The notes beneath the pieces were generated by a model that saw only the letters and a list, made by a program, of their open reading frames with translations, was not told where the DNA came from and made no database searches. From a virus, in the IMG/VR virus record IMGVR_UViG_3300032046_000021, positions 3,309-67,308 of that record: 64,000 bases of DNA. One strand, written 5' to 3'. This document shows positions 36,326 to 46,866 of the stretch, piece by piece; positions within the stretch are counted from its first letter, which is position 1, and each line of letters opens with the position of its first letter. The position numbers and the translations under genes are program-made.

Positions 36326-39300
36326 CGGTGAGTGTGTGGACTGTGCCCCCATACACCAGCTTCTTCTTCTACTGCGATACTGCTTGAGTTTGTATTATAC
36401 ATGTAAATTTGAACCACAGCCGACCAACCTTGTCTATCTTTAGGTACTGTAATTGTCCACATGAAACTATTGTCCCATTTACTCCCTCTAACAATGTATT
36501 TAGGACACTGAGCATCAGTATTCGACGGATAATACTCGTCAGACTCACCTGCTTTTGTTAGTTTTAGTTTGCAACGCAAATACCCTGCATAAGCCGGATT
36601 ATCGAGACACGATAAATTCACCCAGAAAAACAAAATCTCATGCGCCGATGAAGGAACGGTTACACTGGATACTGTATTCCATGCACCACTCGTTAAAGTT
36701 TGTGATGCTGTTCCATATGTACCTCCTACTACTGTTCCTGCTGTTGGCACTGCAGCTCTCATTTCACTTAGGACTATGTTATCAAAGTACAGATCTACGA
36801 CTACATTAGGGCCATAGTTGTATAGTTTAATTAACGCCCATCTAGCAGTTGAAGATGTTGTACCTTCGACTGATAAATGATTCCAGCCTGCAGCTACACT
36901 TGCAGGTAAACCTATGGCACCAACATTCGGATACGATTTAGCGGCATTCCAGAATTCAACAACAGCAACACCATACTCAAATGTTGCAGGAACATCTGCG
37001 TAAATGTCTACGCTAAAGAAATATTTCTTATTAGGCAATACTGGAATCCATATGCAATCGAAAACTATGTATCGTCCTGGAGCACTTCCTAACTTCAAAC
37101 TATGCTGCCCTTTCCAGCTATATGCAGTAGACCATGCATAAGCAGGATTGCCTGCTTCATAGCTCTTTGTCCAGAAATCAGGCATGCCGTCACCGTCTCG
37201 GTCATATTCAAAGCCCTGATTAGGAACCATGTTCTCTGGTGGTGCTTGAGCATCATACAACGGATATTTTGGAATGATAAAAACATCCGATAGACTCGTA
37301 CCTTTTGAAAATCTTAATTGCGGATCGCCAGCGACGTCTTTGCACCAAAGTTTCCCTGCAACATACGTTGGGTCACTTGCCAGAATATCAAATAGTATCT
37401 GCGCAGTATGGACACTTCCGGTGTAAATGTCCCCACCGTCAATCTTTGTAGCATCCGAAGCATGCGGCCATCCTTGGATAGCATCGCTAAGTGCGGACGT
37501 ATCATACATTCTATCTAATGTCTCTGTTGCAAGCTTACTGATAAGGATTTGACTCGCCGCGATTGACGCTGCAAGAATGGTACCAGTAGAAATCACGCCA
37601 CCATCAATCTTGGTAAGATCGCCACCTTTTCGCCAGTTTGAAAGATACACTGCACCATCAATAAGCACTTTATCAGCATTAAGGCTAAGGATTTTGGCAG
37701 TCTTAACAGAACCGTCAGCTAGGATTCTATCCGCTTCAGTTCCAGTAATCGTTCCGGCTTTAATAACACTAGCCTCTAAGTTGTCTGTCTTAATGTCCTG
37801 TGACGTAATCGTTCCAGTTATCAATGTGCCACCATGAATGTAAGTGGCATTCCATAACAGTATTGCAGCTCCGGAACTATTGAAGATAATCATATATCTG
37901 TTTGCGACCCATGCTGGCTTCGTAGCACTTACTGTAAAAGCTGTATTCGGTTTCGTCCAGTAGATATACGCAAGATTAGTGTTCCCTGCAGCTATAGCAT
38001 ACGCGACTCCTTCATAATATAATGTGCATGCGGACCATGCTACATAACCAGCTGACGGTGAGTTATCTGTTAGTACAAGACCTGTTAAGTAGATAGCTGC
38101 TACTGTCAGCTTGTCTGCTGTTACGGCACCGGCTTTTATCTTATCTGCCTCCACGGCATCCGCTTTAATAGCATTCGCAACTATAGCATTCGCAGCTATT
38201 ATATCCGCGTTAATGTTGAGTCCCTTGGCATAGAAGGGAAATATCATAATTTGCTGTGTAGCATCTGTCGAATGTCGGCATAACGCTAATAGCCCTTTAG
38301 TATCTGATTGGGCAAGACTGTACGTCTGTGTTGCTGATAAGGCAGCAGAGCCAACTGTAAAGTAAATGTACCAGATTCCTGTTGCAGCAGCAAGGCTCAA
38401 ATTAGCTCCCGTTATCGCCTGTGTACCACCATCAGCGAATCTAATAGTGCCAGTAGTAAACGTAATTGAATCATGCTCACTTCCAGTTGTAGGAGTAAAC
38501 GTTATATCACTATTGAATGGCTGGACTCCTGATTTGAGCTTTGTAGCCGTAATATTATCGTCAGCAATCTTCGCCTCCGTTACTGCACCAGCAAGAATCT
38601 TATCTGCCTCTACAGCATTCGGTGCAATATCTAGATTAACAATCTGCGTTGGCGTTGCTGAAACAGCCGTACATTTTGCACTTTCATTTCCAACATCATC
38701 GACGGCTGTAATCGCAAAATAGTACAATACATATGTTTCAGTTGTTTTCTTATGCCATGCATAAAAGGGACGTGATATCTGTCCAGCAACCGTTAAAGGC
38801 GGATTTGTTGTTCCATAATATACCCTATAATGTGAGAGGTCAGTTGCTACAGCGGGATTCCACTCCAATAATACCCCATCAACTATAGCAGTAGCTACTA
38901 GTCCAGTAGGTACAGGAGGTGCTGTAGTATTAACAGTCGTTACAATTGTTTGTGTAGTACTCCAAGCTGAAGCTTGACCCTTCTGACTTACTGAGCAAGC
39001 ATGTACATCATAGGATGTATTTGCATTAAGGCTTGGCGTAACGGCAATGGGATTTCCTGATGAAGGTTGTTCCACGTAATAATGTGTCCATTGAGTATCA
39101 ACAGTCCTTTTGTAGCTAACTACGTAGCCACCAGCATCAGTCACCCTTGTAATGGTGACCTGAATCCATGTTCTGAATTCATCTGAAGTATCAACCTCTT
39201 GAGCTAAGCATGTGATAACAGGAACTTCAGGGGTAACATCAGTTACATCTGTAATGACTTCCTTTTGCCCAGTTACAGGACATCCGGTCGCTAGAGCGGA

Positions 39301-40899
39301 CTTTGCACTTTCGTTGCCTATGAAGTCGTAAGATGACACCCAGAAGTAATACGGTGTCACTATGTTGGAATCGACGATAATAACATTAGCACTAGTTTTA
39401 GCAATTTCGGTTGCACTTCCAGGAACGTTTGATGTATGCCTGTATACTTTATACCCTTTCAAATCAGCACTTGTAACAGCTGTCCAGCTAACTTTGATTG
39501 ATCTTACCAAACCAGATGTTATAGCAGTTACACCCGAAGGTACAGCTGGCGCAGAAGTATCTGTAGTTGCGACTTTTGCTACCGAAGTAGTGTACGCCGA
39601 CACTTTCTCATCCATGTTAAAGGATGCTACTTGCAAATCATACGTTGAACCCATTGCTACTGGGGCAGTATAAAGTACGGCATCACCTGATGCTGGCTGT
39701 TCTATATCGACATAATTCCATACAGTCTCTCCCTGTTTATGCCAACGGACTTTGTAACCAGACATCCCAGTAACACGATGTACCGTTACTGCAAATAGTG
39801 TCACGAATGTACCATCTGCATTCTGGATCGATACCGGAACTACATCATCTGTCCCGAATTCACTTGGAGTAACCGGATCGATATCTGGTGCTGTAACTGG
39901 CGCAAAGATTCCTAACGATTCCCATTGTTCGATTTCCTCTAAATAGTCATCCAACAGTAGTTCTGCTTTTTCAACCTCAACCGCCGTATCAATGAGTCTC
40001 TTCGTAACTTTTATGACTCGTACAACAGATGATGAGTAATCCAGCTCTGCACAGTTCAGTATGACATAGTCGCCAGCATGAATATCATATCCTTGCACGT
40101 AAGCCGGTGCCACTATCGGTGACTCTAGCGTAGTCGGAACTATACAACCAGACGCCTCTACATTAAGGTCAGCTAGTTTCTTTGCTGCTAGTGCATTAAT
40201 CGTAGCCTGATTAGTTGCTGTTCTATCAGTAAATACGGCAACTTCTGTTCCGGTACCAGCTTCGCCAACTAAAGGTAACCCGGAAGCATCCAAGCCACGG
40301 ATATAGACTTTGTCCCGCTTCTTTGCCCGATCTTTTCCTCGTTTCGGAACTGTAGTGTACTGCAGTAGCCCCCTACCGGATGGGTAGCCAGTTCCAGCAG
40401 TACCAATGTTAATTCGCGGACTAGCTCCAGAGAAGTCTGGATAAAGGTCCTTACCGAGTACCCATGCAATGAATCGAGCACCATCAAAGCAATAAGCTTT
40501 ATCATACCTGACTGAAAGTGTCGGTGTAGTAGGACAAGCACCCACAAGGACACCAGCACTACTTGCAATAGCTGCTAAAATAACATCTGGCGTGATAGCG
40601 TCGTAATTACCTGTATGAACTTTTCGTTGCATTTGCTCATAACATGTCTGATAGCACTTACATAGTAGTCCGCTCTGTTGAAACTCCGGTGCTCTCAATA
40701 TACCAGTGAACTCTGATGTTGTGGCAGCTCCATCATTATACAGAATCTCAACAGTATGATCAGCATTAACTAACGTTCTGTTAGTTTCATTATTCGGCAA
40801 CGTAAATGCTGCTTCAATATGTCCGTTCAAGTTCTCTTCGATGTGATCGAATACAGCGTCAGTATATTCGATTGTATCGATCTTAATGAGCCAGCCCAT
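36322..40899 (-). CDS. Tail tip/hub and receptor-binding protein (FN3 domains, beta-helical repeats, CBM-like C-terminus)
   Basis: Hub-like N-terminus; FN3 motifs (APAVPSGV...W...YKVYR...YYFWVSSYD..GNES); A(V/I)xADK repeats; NMVPNQGFE carbohydrate-binding-like domain. Confidence 0.8.
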   Translation of the reverse strand: MGWLIKIDTIEYTDAVFDHIEENLNGHIEAAFTLPNNETNRTLVNADHTVEILYNDGAATTSEFTGILRAPEFQQSGLLCKCYQTCYEQMQRKVHTGNYDAITPDVILAAIASSAGVLVGACPTTPTLSVRYDKAYCFDGARFIAWVLGKDLYPDFSGASPRINIGTAGTGYPSGRGLLQYTTVPKRGKDRAKKRDKVYIRGLDASGLPLVGEAGTGTEVAVFTDRTATNQATINALAAKKLADLNVEASGCIVPTTLESPIVAPAYVQGYDIHAGDYVILNCAELDYSSSVVRVIKVTKRLIDTAVEVEKAELLLDDYLEEIEQWESLGIFAPVTAPDIDPVTPSEFGTDDVVPVSIQNADGTFVTLFAVTVHRVTGMSGYKVRWHKQGETVWNYVDIEQPASGDAVLYTAPVAMGSTYDLQVASFNMDEKVSAYTTSVAKVATTDTSAPAVPSGVTAITSGLVRSIKVSWTAVTSADLKGYKVYRHTSNVPGSATEIAKTSANVIIVDSNIVTPYYFWVSSYDFIGNESAKSALATGCPVTGQKEVITDVTDVTPEVPVITCLAQEVDTSDEFRTWIQVTITRVTDAGGYVVSYKRTVDTQWTHYYVEQPSSGNPIAVTPSLNANTSYDVHACSVSQKGQASAWSTTQTIVTTVNTTAPPVPTGLVATAIVDGVLLEWNPAVATDLSHYRVYYGTTNPPLTVAGQISRPFYAWHKKTTETYVLYYFAITAVDDVGNESAKCTAVSATPTQIVNLDIAPNAVEADKILAGAVTEAKIADDNITATKLKSGVQPFNSDITFTPTTGSEHDSITFTTGTIRFADGGTQAITGANLSLAAATGIWYIYFTVGSAALSATQTYSLAQSDTKGLLALCRHSTDATQQIMIFPFYAKGLNINADIIAANAIVANAIKADAVEADKIKAGAVTADKLTVAAIYLTGLVLTDNSPSAGYVAWSACTLYYEGVAYAIAAGNTNLAYIYWTKPNTAFTVSATKPAWVANRYMIIFNSSGAAILLWNATYIHGGTLITGTITSQDIKTDNLEASVIKAGTITGTEADRILADGSVKTAKILSLNADKVLIDGAVYLSNWRKGGDLTKIDGGVISTGTILAASIAASQILISKLATETLDRMYDTSALSDAIQGWPHASDATKIDGGDIYTGSVHTAQILFDILASDPTYVAGKLWCKDVAGDPQLRFSKGTSLSDVFIIPKYPLYDAQAPPENMVPNQGFEYDRDGDGMPDFWTKSYEAGNPAYAWSTAYSWKGQHSLKLGSAPGRYIVFDCIWIPVLPNKKYFFSVDIYADVPATFEYGVAVVEFWNAAKSYPNVGAIGLPASVAAGWNHLSVEGTTSSTARWALIKLYNYGPNVVVDLYFDNIVLSEMRAAVPTAGTVVGGTYGTASQTLTSGAWNTVSSVTVPSSAHEILFFWVNLSCLDNPAYAGYLRCKLKLTKAGESDEYYPSNTDAQCPKYIVRGSKWDNSFMWTITVPKDRQGWSAVVQIYMYNTNSSSIAVEEEAGVWGHSPHTHR

Positions 40900-40900
40900 C

Positions 40901-41506
40901 TTAATACACCTGCATTTGTGAACCTTGACTAAGCTTAATGGTTATCTTGACTACACCAGGCGTTTGTGGCTCAGGATCAAACGAGTCCATTAGATAGCTA
41001 CCGTCATAGAAAGCGTCTACGGAAGTAACTATCACAACAGTATGCGACATTTCTCTAAGTGGAACAATATATGTAGACAACAACACTGCATTTGTAACTC
41101 CTGGCGAAAACAGATAGGCTTCTAGTTCAACTGTCCTCAACCCTTTACCTGGCGAAATCACCAACGGCAACACATTAGAGGATAACGCACGTGCCTTCGT
41201 TTCAGACGGATTCTTTTCCTTGAACTTATGTGGATATTGCGGGAGTGTAACGGTTAGGAATACGTAGGTTACACCTGATACTATTTGCGCCGTGAACGCA
41301 GGCGAAACAGTAAATGTTCCTGTTGATTGCTTCCAGCTCATAACTATACGTTTTTGCCCGTTGCAAGTACCACTAGTAATCTTCAAGACCATACCGGTGA
41401 AGTATCTGTCAGCTTCTGACCTTCCTGTCTGAACTAATGTCGTACCACCTGCATTTCCATTAGCATTGGTCGTTCCAGTAGCAGTTGAGCCTATTACAAA
41501 ACTCAT
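40901..41506 (-). CDS. Distal tail (Dit-like) protein with an N-terminal beta domain
   Basis: Position between the tape measure and tail tip genes; beta-rich sequence. Confidence 0.55.
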   Translation of the reverse strand: MSFVIGSTATGTTNANGNAGGTTLVQTGRSEADRYFTGMVLKITSGTCNGQKRIVMSWKQSTGTFTVSPAFTAQIVSGVTYVFLTVTLPQYPHKFKEKNPSETKARALSSNVLPLVISPGKGLRTVELEAYLFSPGVTNAVLLSTYIVPLREMSHTVVIVTSVDAFYDGSYLMDSFDPEPQTPGVVKITIKLSQGSQMQVY

Positions 41507-44500
41507 GGACGTTTCCTCCTTATTCCTTCAGCAATTTTCTTATTCACAATGTCGCCTAACCTCTCAGCATCCAGCTCAGTACTGAGTGTCCCTATTTCGA
41601 AGTTGTTAGTAATAGAGATGATTTGTGGCGTAGTGGTAACTACATTCGCAACAGTACCTTCTTCAGGTGGACCATAGCCTCGAGTGGGTGTAACTTTCTC
41701 TCCTTTCTCTAGTTGATACTGACCAGTCTTTGGTACCCTCGGAATACCAAACTGCCCGGAAGGTATCTTCTCAAGAGACTTCAGACTCCTTTCAATCACA
41801 GAAGTCTTCAGGTTCTTTTCAATCGTTTCGACTCTGCTTGCAACTTCTTTCTCGAACTTGGATACCTGAGTGAAAACGTTTTCTGAAGTTTTCGTATCCT
41901 TTTCAAGTTTGTGTGTTTTAGATTCTGAAACCCGTTGGATACCGAATTGTCCTCGCGTTGGTTCTTCCCAGATTTTCTCCCAGCCCTGTCTTAGCTTCAC
42001 TATCCGTTCAGCTATTACTTCAACTGGCCCTTCTAGAGGTTGCTTAGCTGCTACTTCAGCTGCTCGAGTTGCCTTAACTTTTTCACCTTTCTCAAGTTTG
42101 TAAATGTCAGTCTTTGGAACACGCGATACACCAAACTGTCCTTTTAGTATGTGTGTTTGGAGCCAATGCTCTTTGATTACTTGTACTTGCCTATCGATTT
42201 CTTTAAACTTGTTAACTAGCTCCTTTTGTTTTGGTACTTTCGTAAGGACTGAGCCTACATTTGCTAATGTCAGCGAAATCATCGTTTCAGGCTCTTCAGT
42301 TATGCCTTTAGCTGATTCAATTGTCTCACCTTTCTCCAGCTTATAAGGCTCAGCTTTTCTTACTCTCTGAACACCGAACTGCCCTTTCTGCATAGTTTGC
42401 AGCCACTCTTTCTCGAACGTCTGTATTTGTTTATCTATGACGCTCACACGCTCACGTAGTTTTTCCGGAACAATCTTTGCAGACCGTTTTGCAAGACCTA
42501 CCGCTAAGCTAGCTGGACCGGATGTTTCTCTCCTTTTTTCTGGAACTATCGGAACTCCAAACTGACCTTCCAGAGCTTGTTCCTCTTTAAGCAGTTCCGT
42601 TCGTTTACTGCTCAGTTGCTTAGAGATGGCTTCTTCCAACCTAACTGTTTCTGCTTCTCTTGACTTAAAGACTTCTTTAAGGACTTCTTTTGATTTAAGA
42701 GCTTCTTCAAAGACTTTCCGTCTAGAGATATCTTCAGTAGTTTTGGTTGCTTCATCTGTAGTAATTCTATGAACTCCAAACTGTCCTTCGGGTAACGTTA
42801 CTGCCTTTAATGTCTTTGCGAAATCCTTACCTGTCTTGCTTAAACGTTGCGTAAGCTTTTTCTTTTCTGGAGATTCCCGAACTTCCCTATAGCGCTTTGT
42901 AAGTGTCGTGATAGATTCTTCTTCGGTTGGTCCGTAAGTTCCCACTGATTTAATCAGTTCACCTTTCTCAAGCTGATATACGTTAGCTTTAGGTGCCTTT
43001 TGTACACCAAACTGACCCCCTGGAGCTTCAATCCTCTCTCTTTTGATTGTCTCCATCTGCTTTGTTACAGTGTTGAAGTTTTGAACGAACTTCTCATTTT
43101 CCAATGACTTCTCCACATATTGCTTTACCAAAGTTATGACAGGTGCTTCCTTGACTGGTCTGTATACTTCTTTTGTAGTGACGTTCTTTTCCACTTGGCC
43201 AGACTCTAGCACTCTTTGAATTCCGAACTGACCGCTAGGAGTTGCTATTGTTGCTAATTGTATTGCTAAATCCTTACCGATTTCACCTATACGCTGTACA
43301 AGTGGAGACTCTATAGGTTCTTCTTCAACTGGTCCGTACGTTCTTGTCGCGATTACTTTCTCGCCTTTCTCAAGCTGATACTTACCGGTCTTCGGTACAC
43401 GCTGGATTCCGAACTGTCCGTGATGCTCTGCTACTTTCGGTTCAAGATAACCCGGTTCTGTGGCAGGTGGAGTAGCAAGACCAAGCCATCTCAAGAAACC
43501 TTCGATGGCACCTTTGATTTCGTTTAATCTTTCCAGGAATGAATCGAAGAAGGAAATTGTGTACTTTTTGCCTGTTAAGTCCTCTAGAAACTGGAAGAAT
43601 AGACTTGTCTGTGTTCCTAAAGCTGTCCATGCAATACCTGCAGTTATAAAGAAACCGCCGAATGCAGCTGCTAAGCTAGGGATAGTTGAGTAAATTATTG
43701 TTTCGCATGCTGTTAGTATGCCATCAATAATTGTATTAACTGTTGTTGCAGGTAACGCTATCTGTGCTATTGACGCTATCAGGTTTGCGAAAGAAACTGC
43801 AGCTACTGCACCCATTACCCAGTTCAGTGCATTCATAGTTGAGTTTACATTACCTAATGATGTATCCAGTCCACCAATTGAATCTGTCAGATTACTAAGA
43901 TTTAAGTTCGCCAGATCTGATATACTCTTATTCACATCACTCACTGAGCCGTCCATACCGTGGAACTTACCAGTAACATCATTAATGGAACCAATCAATT
44001 GATCATTTGTAGTAAAGAGTGAACCGGACATTGAGTCATAGTATCCGATGATATTACCTGTGCTATCTTTTACATCATTAGTAAGGGTATTAATAGTGTA
44101 TATGATATTGCCATTTGCATCAGTAATTGTCCACTCCATCTTTGTAGCAGACGAACCTAGCTTATCGAAGCCCTTCGAAATATCCGTTGCCGATGCCGTT
44201 GCAGTTTGCGAAAGTCCCCACAATATGACTCCAAGTATCGCGAGAGTTGAAATTGTAGTCACAATAGCCAGTTTCAGGTGATGCATTGCAACTGTATTTT
44301 TCACAGTCTGTACTAACCACCACTTCTTGGCTTCTGTAACAAAGTGAATCGTTGATCCAAGTACTGTAAAGATTGGTCCTAAGACTGAACCGACCATTCC
44401 TAGCATTAGCATTACAGATACTAGTGGAATGATGATAGGTAAGAGCGGTCCCAGAGCAGATAATAGTTGTGCAAGAACCGTTACAACCTGAATTATCATT

Positions 44501-45258
44501 GGTGCCATTCCAGCCAATGCGATAAACAGCTGGCCAACTGCTGTTGCCAAATTAGCCAATGCTACTTGTGCTCCTCTGGTAACAAGGAATTCACTAAGTA
44601 CAGCTAATACTTTAGTTAAGGTAGGTATTAATGCAACTGCAAGTGATGTCTGTATGCTAGTCCAAACTGCCTGTAATCCTAACCACAAAGCCTCAACTGC
44701 TGGTCCTCGTGAAACTAATGTATCCATAGTATTAGACAAAAGCTTCTGAGTGTCTGATGTTGCAAGTCCCTGAGTCTCAAGCAACGCTAGCGCATACGCA
44801 ACGTCCATTAATTTATCAGGCCAGTTAGCGGTAGCCTTTACGGCATCAGTGAAGTACTTAACGAACTGTGATAGGGTACGAATTATCCTCTGTAAACTGA
44901 ATGTAACGATGAAACCAGTGAAACCAACTTTTCTACCGAAACCCGATATTGCCTTACCTAGACCTTCCCACTTTTTAACTCCAGCCATTTCTTGCTCTTG
45001 TTGCTTTTCCAACATATCAGTAAACATACTATAAGCTGGAGCTGTTCGTCTTACTGCATTAAGTTTTTCTGCCCAGACTGCACTGGACGCTCTAAAACCC
45101 TTTGTCTCATCGCCTAACGAAGCATTGTATTTACGTAATGCCGTGTCAGCAACCAAATACTGCTTGTAAAGTTTGGCTACTTTCTTTTCCACACCCGCTA
45201 CTACTTCTGGATTATCCTCTACCCACTCCAGAATAATCTGCATTTTGTCTTCAGCCAT
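41503..45258 (-). CDS. Tape measure protein with a TM region and 9 C-terminal GQFG repeats
   Basis: 1251 aa, follows the tail chaperone genes; Ala/Leu-rich helical body with hydrophobic segments. Confidence 0.85.
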   Translation of the reverse strand: MAEDKMQIILEWVEDNPEVVAGVEKKVAKLYKQYLVADTALRKYNASLGDETKGFRASSAVWAEKLNAVRRTAPAYSMFTDMLEKQQEQEMAGVKKWEGLGKAISGFGRKVGFTGFIVTFSLQRIIRTLSQFVKYFTDAVKATANWPDKLMDVAYALALLETQGLATSDTQKLLSNTMDTLVSRGPAVEALWLGLQAVWTSIQTSLAVALIPTLTKVLAVLSEFLVTRGAQVALANLATAVGQLFIALAGMAPMIIQVVTVLAQLLSALGPLLPIIIPLVSVMLMLGMVGSVLGPIFTVLGSTIHFVTEAKKWWLVQTVKNTVAMHHLKLAIVTTISTLAILGVILWGLSQTATASATDISKGFDKLGSSATKMEWTITDANGNIIYTINTLTNDVKDSTGNIIGYYDSMSGSLFTTNDQLIGSINDVTGKFHGMDGSVSDVNKSISDLANLNLSNLTDSIGGLDTSLGNVNSTMNALNWVMGAVAAVSFANLIASIAQIALPATTVNTIIDGILTACETIIYSTIPSLAAAFGGFFITAGIAWTALGTQTSLFFQFLEDLTGKKYTISFFDSFLERLNEIKGAIEGFLRWLGLATPPATEPGYLEPKVAEHHGQFGIQRVPKTGKYQLEKGEKVIATRTYGPVEEEPIESPLVQRIGEIGKDLAIQLATIATPSGQFGIQRVLESGQVEKNVTTKEVYRPVKEAPVITLVKQYVEKSLENEKFVQNFNTVTKQMETIKRERIEAPGGQFGVQKAPKANVYQLEKGELIKSVGTYGPTEEESITTLTKRYREVRESPEKKKLTQRLSKTGKDFAKTLKAVTLPEGQFGVHRITTDEATKTTEDISRRKVFEEALKSKEVLKEVFKSREAETVRLEEAISKQLSSKRTELLKEEQALEGQFGVPIVPEKRRETSGPASLAVGLAKRSAKIVPEKLRERVSVIDKQIQTFEKEWLQTMQKGQFGVQRVRKAEPYKLEKGETIESAKGITEEPETMISLTLANVGSVLTKVPKQKELVNKFKEIDRQVQVIKEHWLQTHILKGQFGVSRVPKTDIYKLEKGEKVKATRAAEVAAKQPLEGPVEVIAERIVKLRQGWEKIWEEPTRGQFGIQRVSESKTHKLEKDTKTSENVFTQVSKFEKEVASRVETIEKNLKTSVIERSLKSLEKIPSGQFGIPRVPKTGQYQLEKGEKVTPTRGYGPPEEGTVANVVTTTPQIISITNNFEIGTLSTELDAERLGDIVNKKIAEGIRRKRP

Positions 45259-45845
45259 ATTCTTCTTCCTCGATCTTATCCCTTACAGATTTAGATTTCT
45301 TCTTCACGGTAGCCCCTAAAACAGCTGCATCAAAGAAAAGTCTCTCTGCAGCCGACCCGTGAACTTCTGCAATATCACAGGGTCGTTGCCCGAGAGTAAC
45401 AGCAATTGCCCCAACCTGCCTACCTATCAGGCTATTCGCGAAAGGTTTCGTTGTCTTTGAGAGCTTCAGTAGAGAAGCCTGAGAAGTCGGTGATGATTCC
45501 GAACAGTTCAAATTGGTCCTCTATTGGAATGTCGTCAACGTTGATTACAGTATCTGATGACGGGTCAGTAGACGATACCTTCGGGTCGATTATACAATTC
45601 GGCAGCGCATCCCGCATTGCGAGAATCAGCTTTTCGGTTTTTATCGGGTCTGAAAGTTGTCCTTTCAGATCCGATTGCATTACATCCATTTCTTTCGATA
45701 TCTTCATGTCGATAGCGTTGAAGAACTTCGCCATAGCAGGCAGTGGCATTTTTCGAATCTTGTATATGTTTCCGGATTTACATGTTACGACTTTTGTGGA
45801 TTTCTTTACCAGCTCACCGGCCGTTGTTGGTTTGTTTTCACTCAC
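45251..45845 (-). CDS. Tail assembly chaperone (45432..45845) with a +1 frameshift extension to 45251
   Basis: ACC-TTT-CGC-GAA-TAG at the end of the ORF; the +1 frame stays open to TGA 45251. Confidence 0.75.
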
Positions 45846-45857
45846 GTTTTCACCTCC

Positions 45858-46853
45858 TCATGCAGTTGCTATTTTGTTGATTAGTGTAGCAGCGAACAGA
45901 TTTGACGAGCCTTCGACAGTTCCTTTGTAACCTTTGAAACTCACTGTCTGCATAATCTTGTCGCGCAGTTCTATGGGAGCGTCAACTGCTGTCAGTACAA
46001 CTTTTGGTGCCTGTATCTTTAGTCGATAGTATGTATATTCTCCAGCTCCTCCAGTTACGTCACCCGCGAAGTTCAAACTTAACGCAACTGCTGCAGGTGC
46101 TTGTATTGGTGCTGCATCGGCCTTGACTCCTGTCCAGAACATTCCTTGTGCATTCCAATCAGAGAACAACAGATCCATCTCACCTTCAAGTGTCCCTTCG
46201 CCAGGTGTAAAGCACTTCAGCAGATAGTCCGTCATAGCATACATGTCGTCCGGAACCTTCCTCGCATAAGTCAAGCTTATGGCGTCAACACTTGCGATTT
46301 CGTCTGACTCTGCCAGATCCCAGTAAATCTTCCCATCTATAGCGAAGAAGGGTCTTACTGTGCTTACCGTACCTAATGCAGTGGCAGTAACCTTAGCGTC
46401 TTTCTGTGCTAGCATACTAAACGTTGCACTCAGTGGATCACCTGTACGTGCTTCAAATCTTCCACTAATTGGTATGCAACTCGTGAACTGATGTGCAGAA
46501 GCTACTACTGCACATACGTCTGGTACTTTGTAGAACGTTCCAAACTTCAGCGTATCACTTGGCAAGAACACGTGCTTGTATCTGCCGCCTGCATCATTGG
46601 TTGTAGTTGGTGTACCCATGAGGTACTTAAGCATCTTGATTAGGTTGTCTGCGGAAGCGTACATCGCAATGTCTCCTACGCACTTATACTGACCCGGAGC
46701 CATATACTGTGGACCAGAATATATCATGCTTGGTGCTGCGATGAACTCACGTTCTGGGTGCAGGCCTATGGAGCGAACGTCAAGAAAAGTAGTGGGTGGT
46801 GTTACTGGCGTACCGAAGACTGTTTCATCAACTATAGCTAGATGTCTTGGCAT
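45858..46853 (-). CDS. Tail tube (major tail) protein, copy 2
   Basis: MPRHLAIVDETVFGTPVTP...YKHVFLPSD; position upstream of the chaperone and tape measure genes. Confidence 0.8.
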   Translation of the reverse strand: MPRHLAIVDETVFGTPVTPPTTFLDVRSIGLHPEREFIAAPSMIYSGPQYMAPGQYKCVGDIAMYASADNLIKMLKYLMGTPTTTNDAGGRYKHVFLPSDTLKFGTFYKVPDVCAVVASAHQFTSCIPISGRFEARTGDPLSATFSMLAQKDAKVTATALGTVSTVRPFFAIDGKIYWDLAESDEIASVDAISLTYARKVPDDMYAMTDYLLKCFTPGEGTLEGEMDLLFSDWNAQGMFWTGVKADAAPIQAPAAVALSLNFAGDVTGGAGEYTYYRLKIQAPKVVLTAVDAPIELRDKIMQTVSFKGYKGTVEGSSNLFAATLINKIATA

Positions 46854-46866
46854 TTAATCACCTCCC

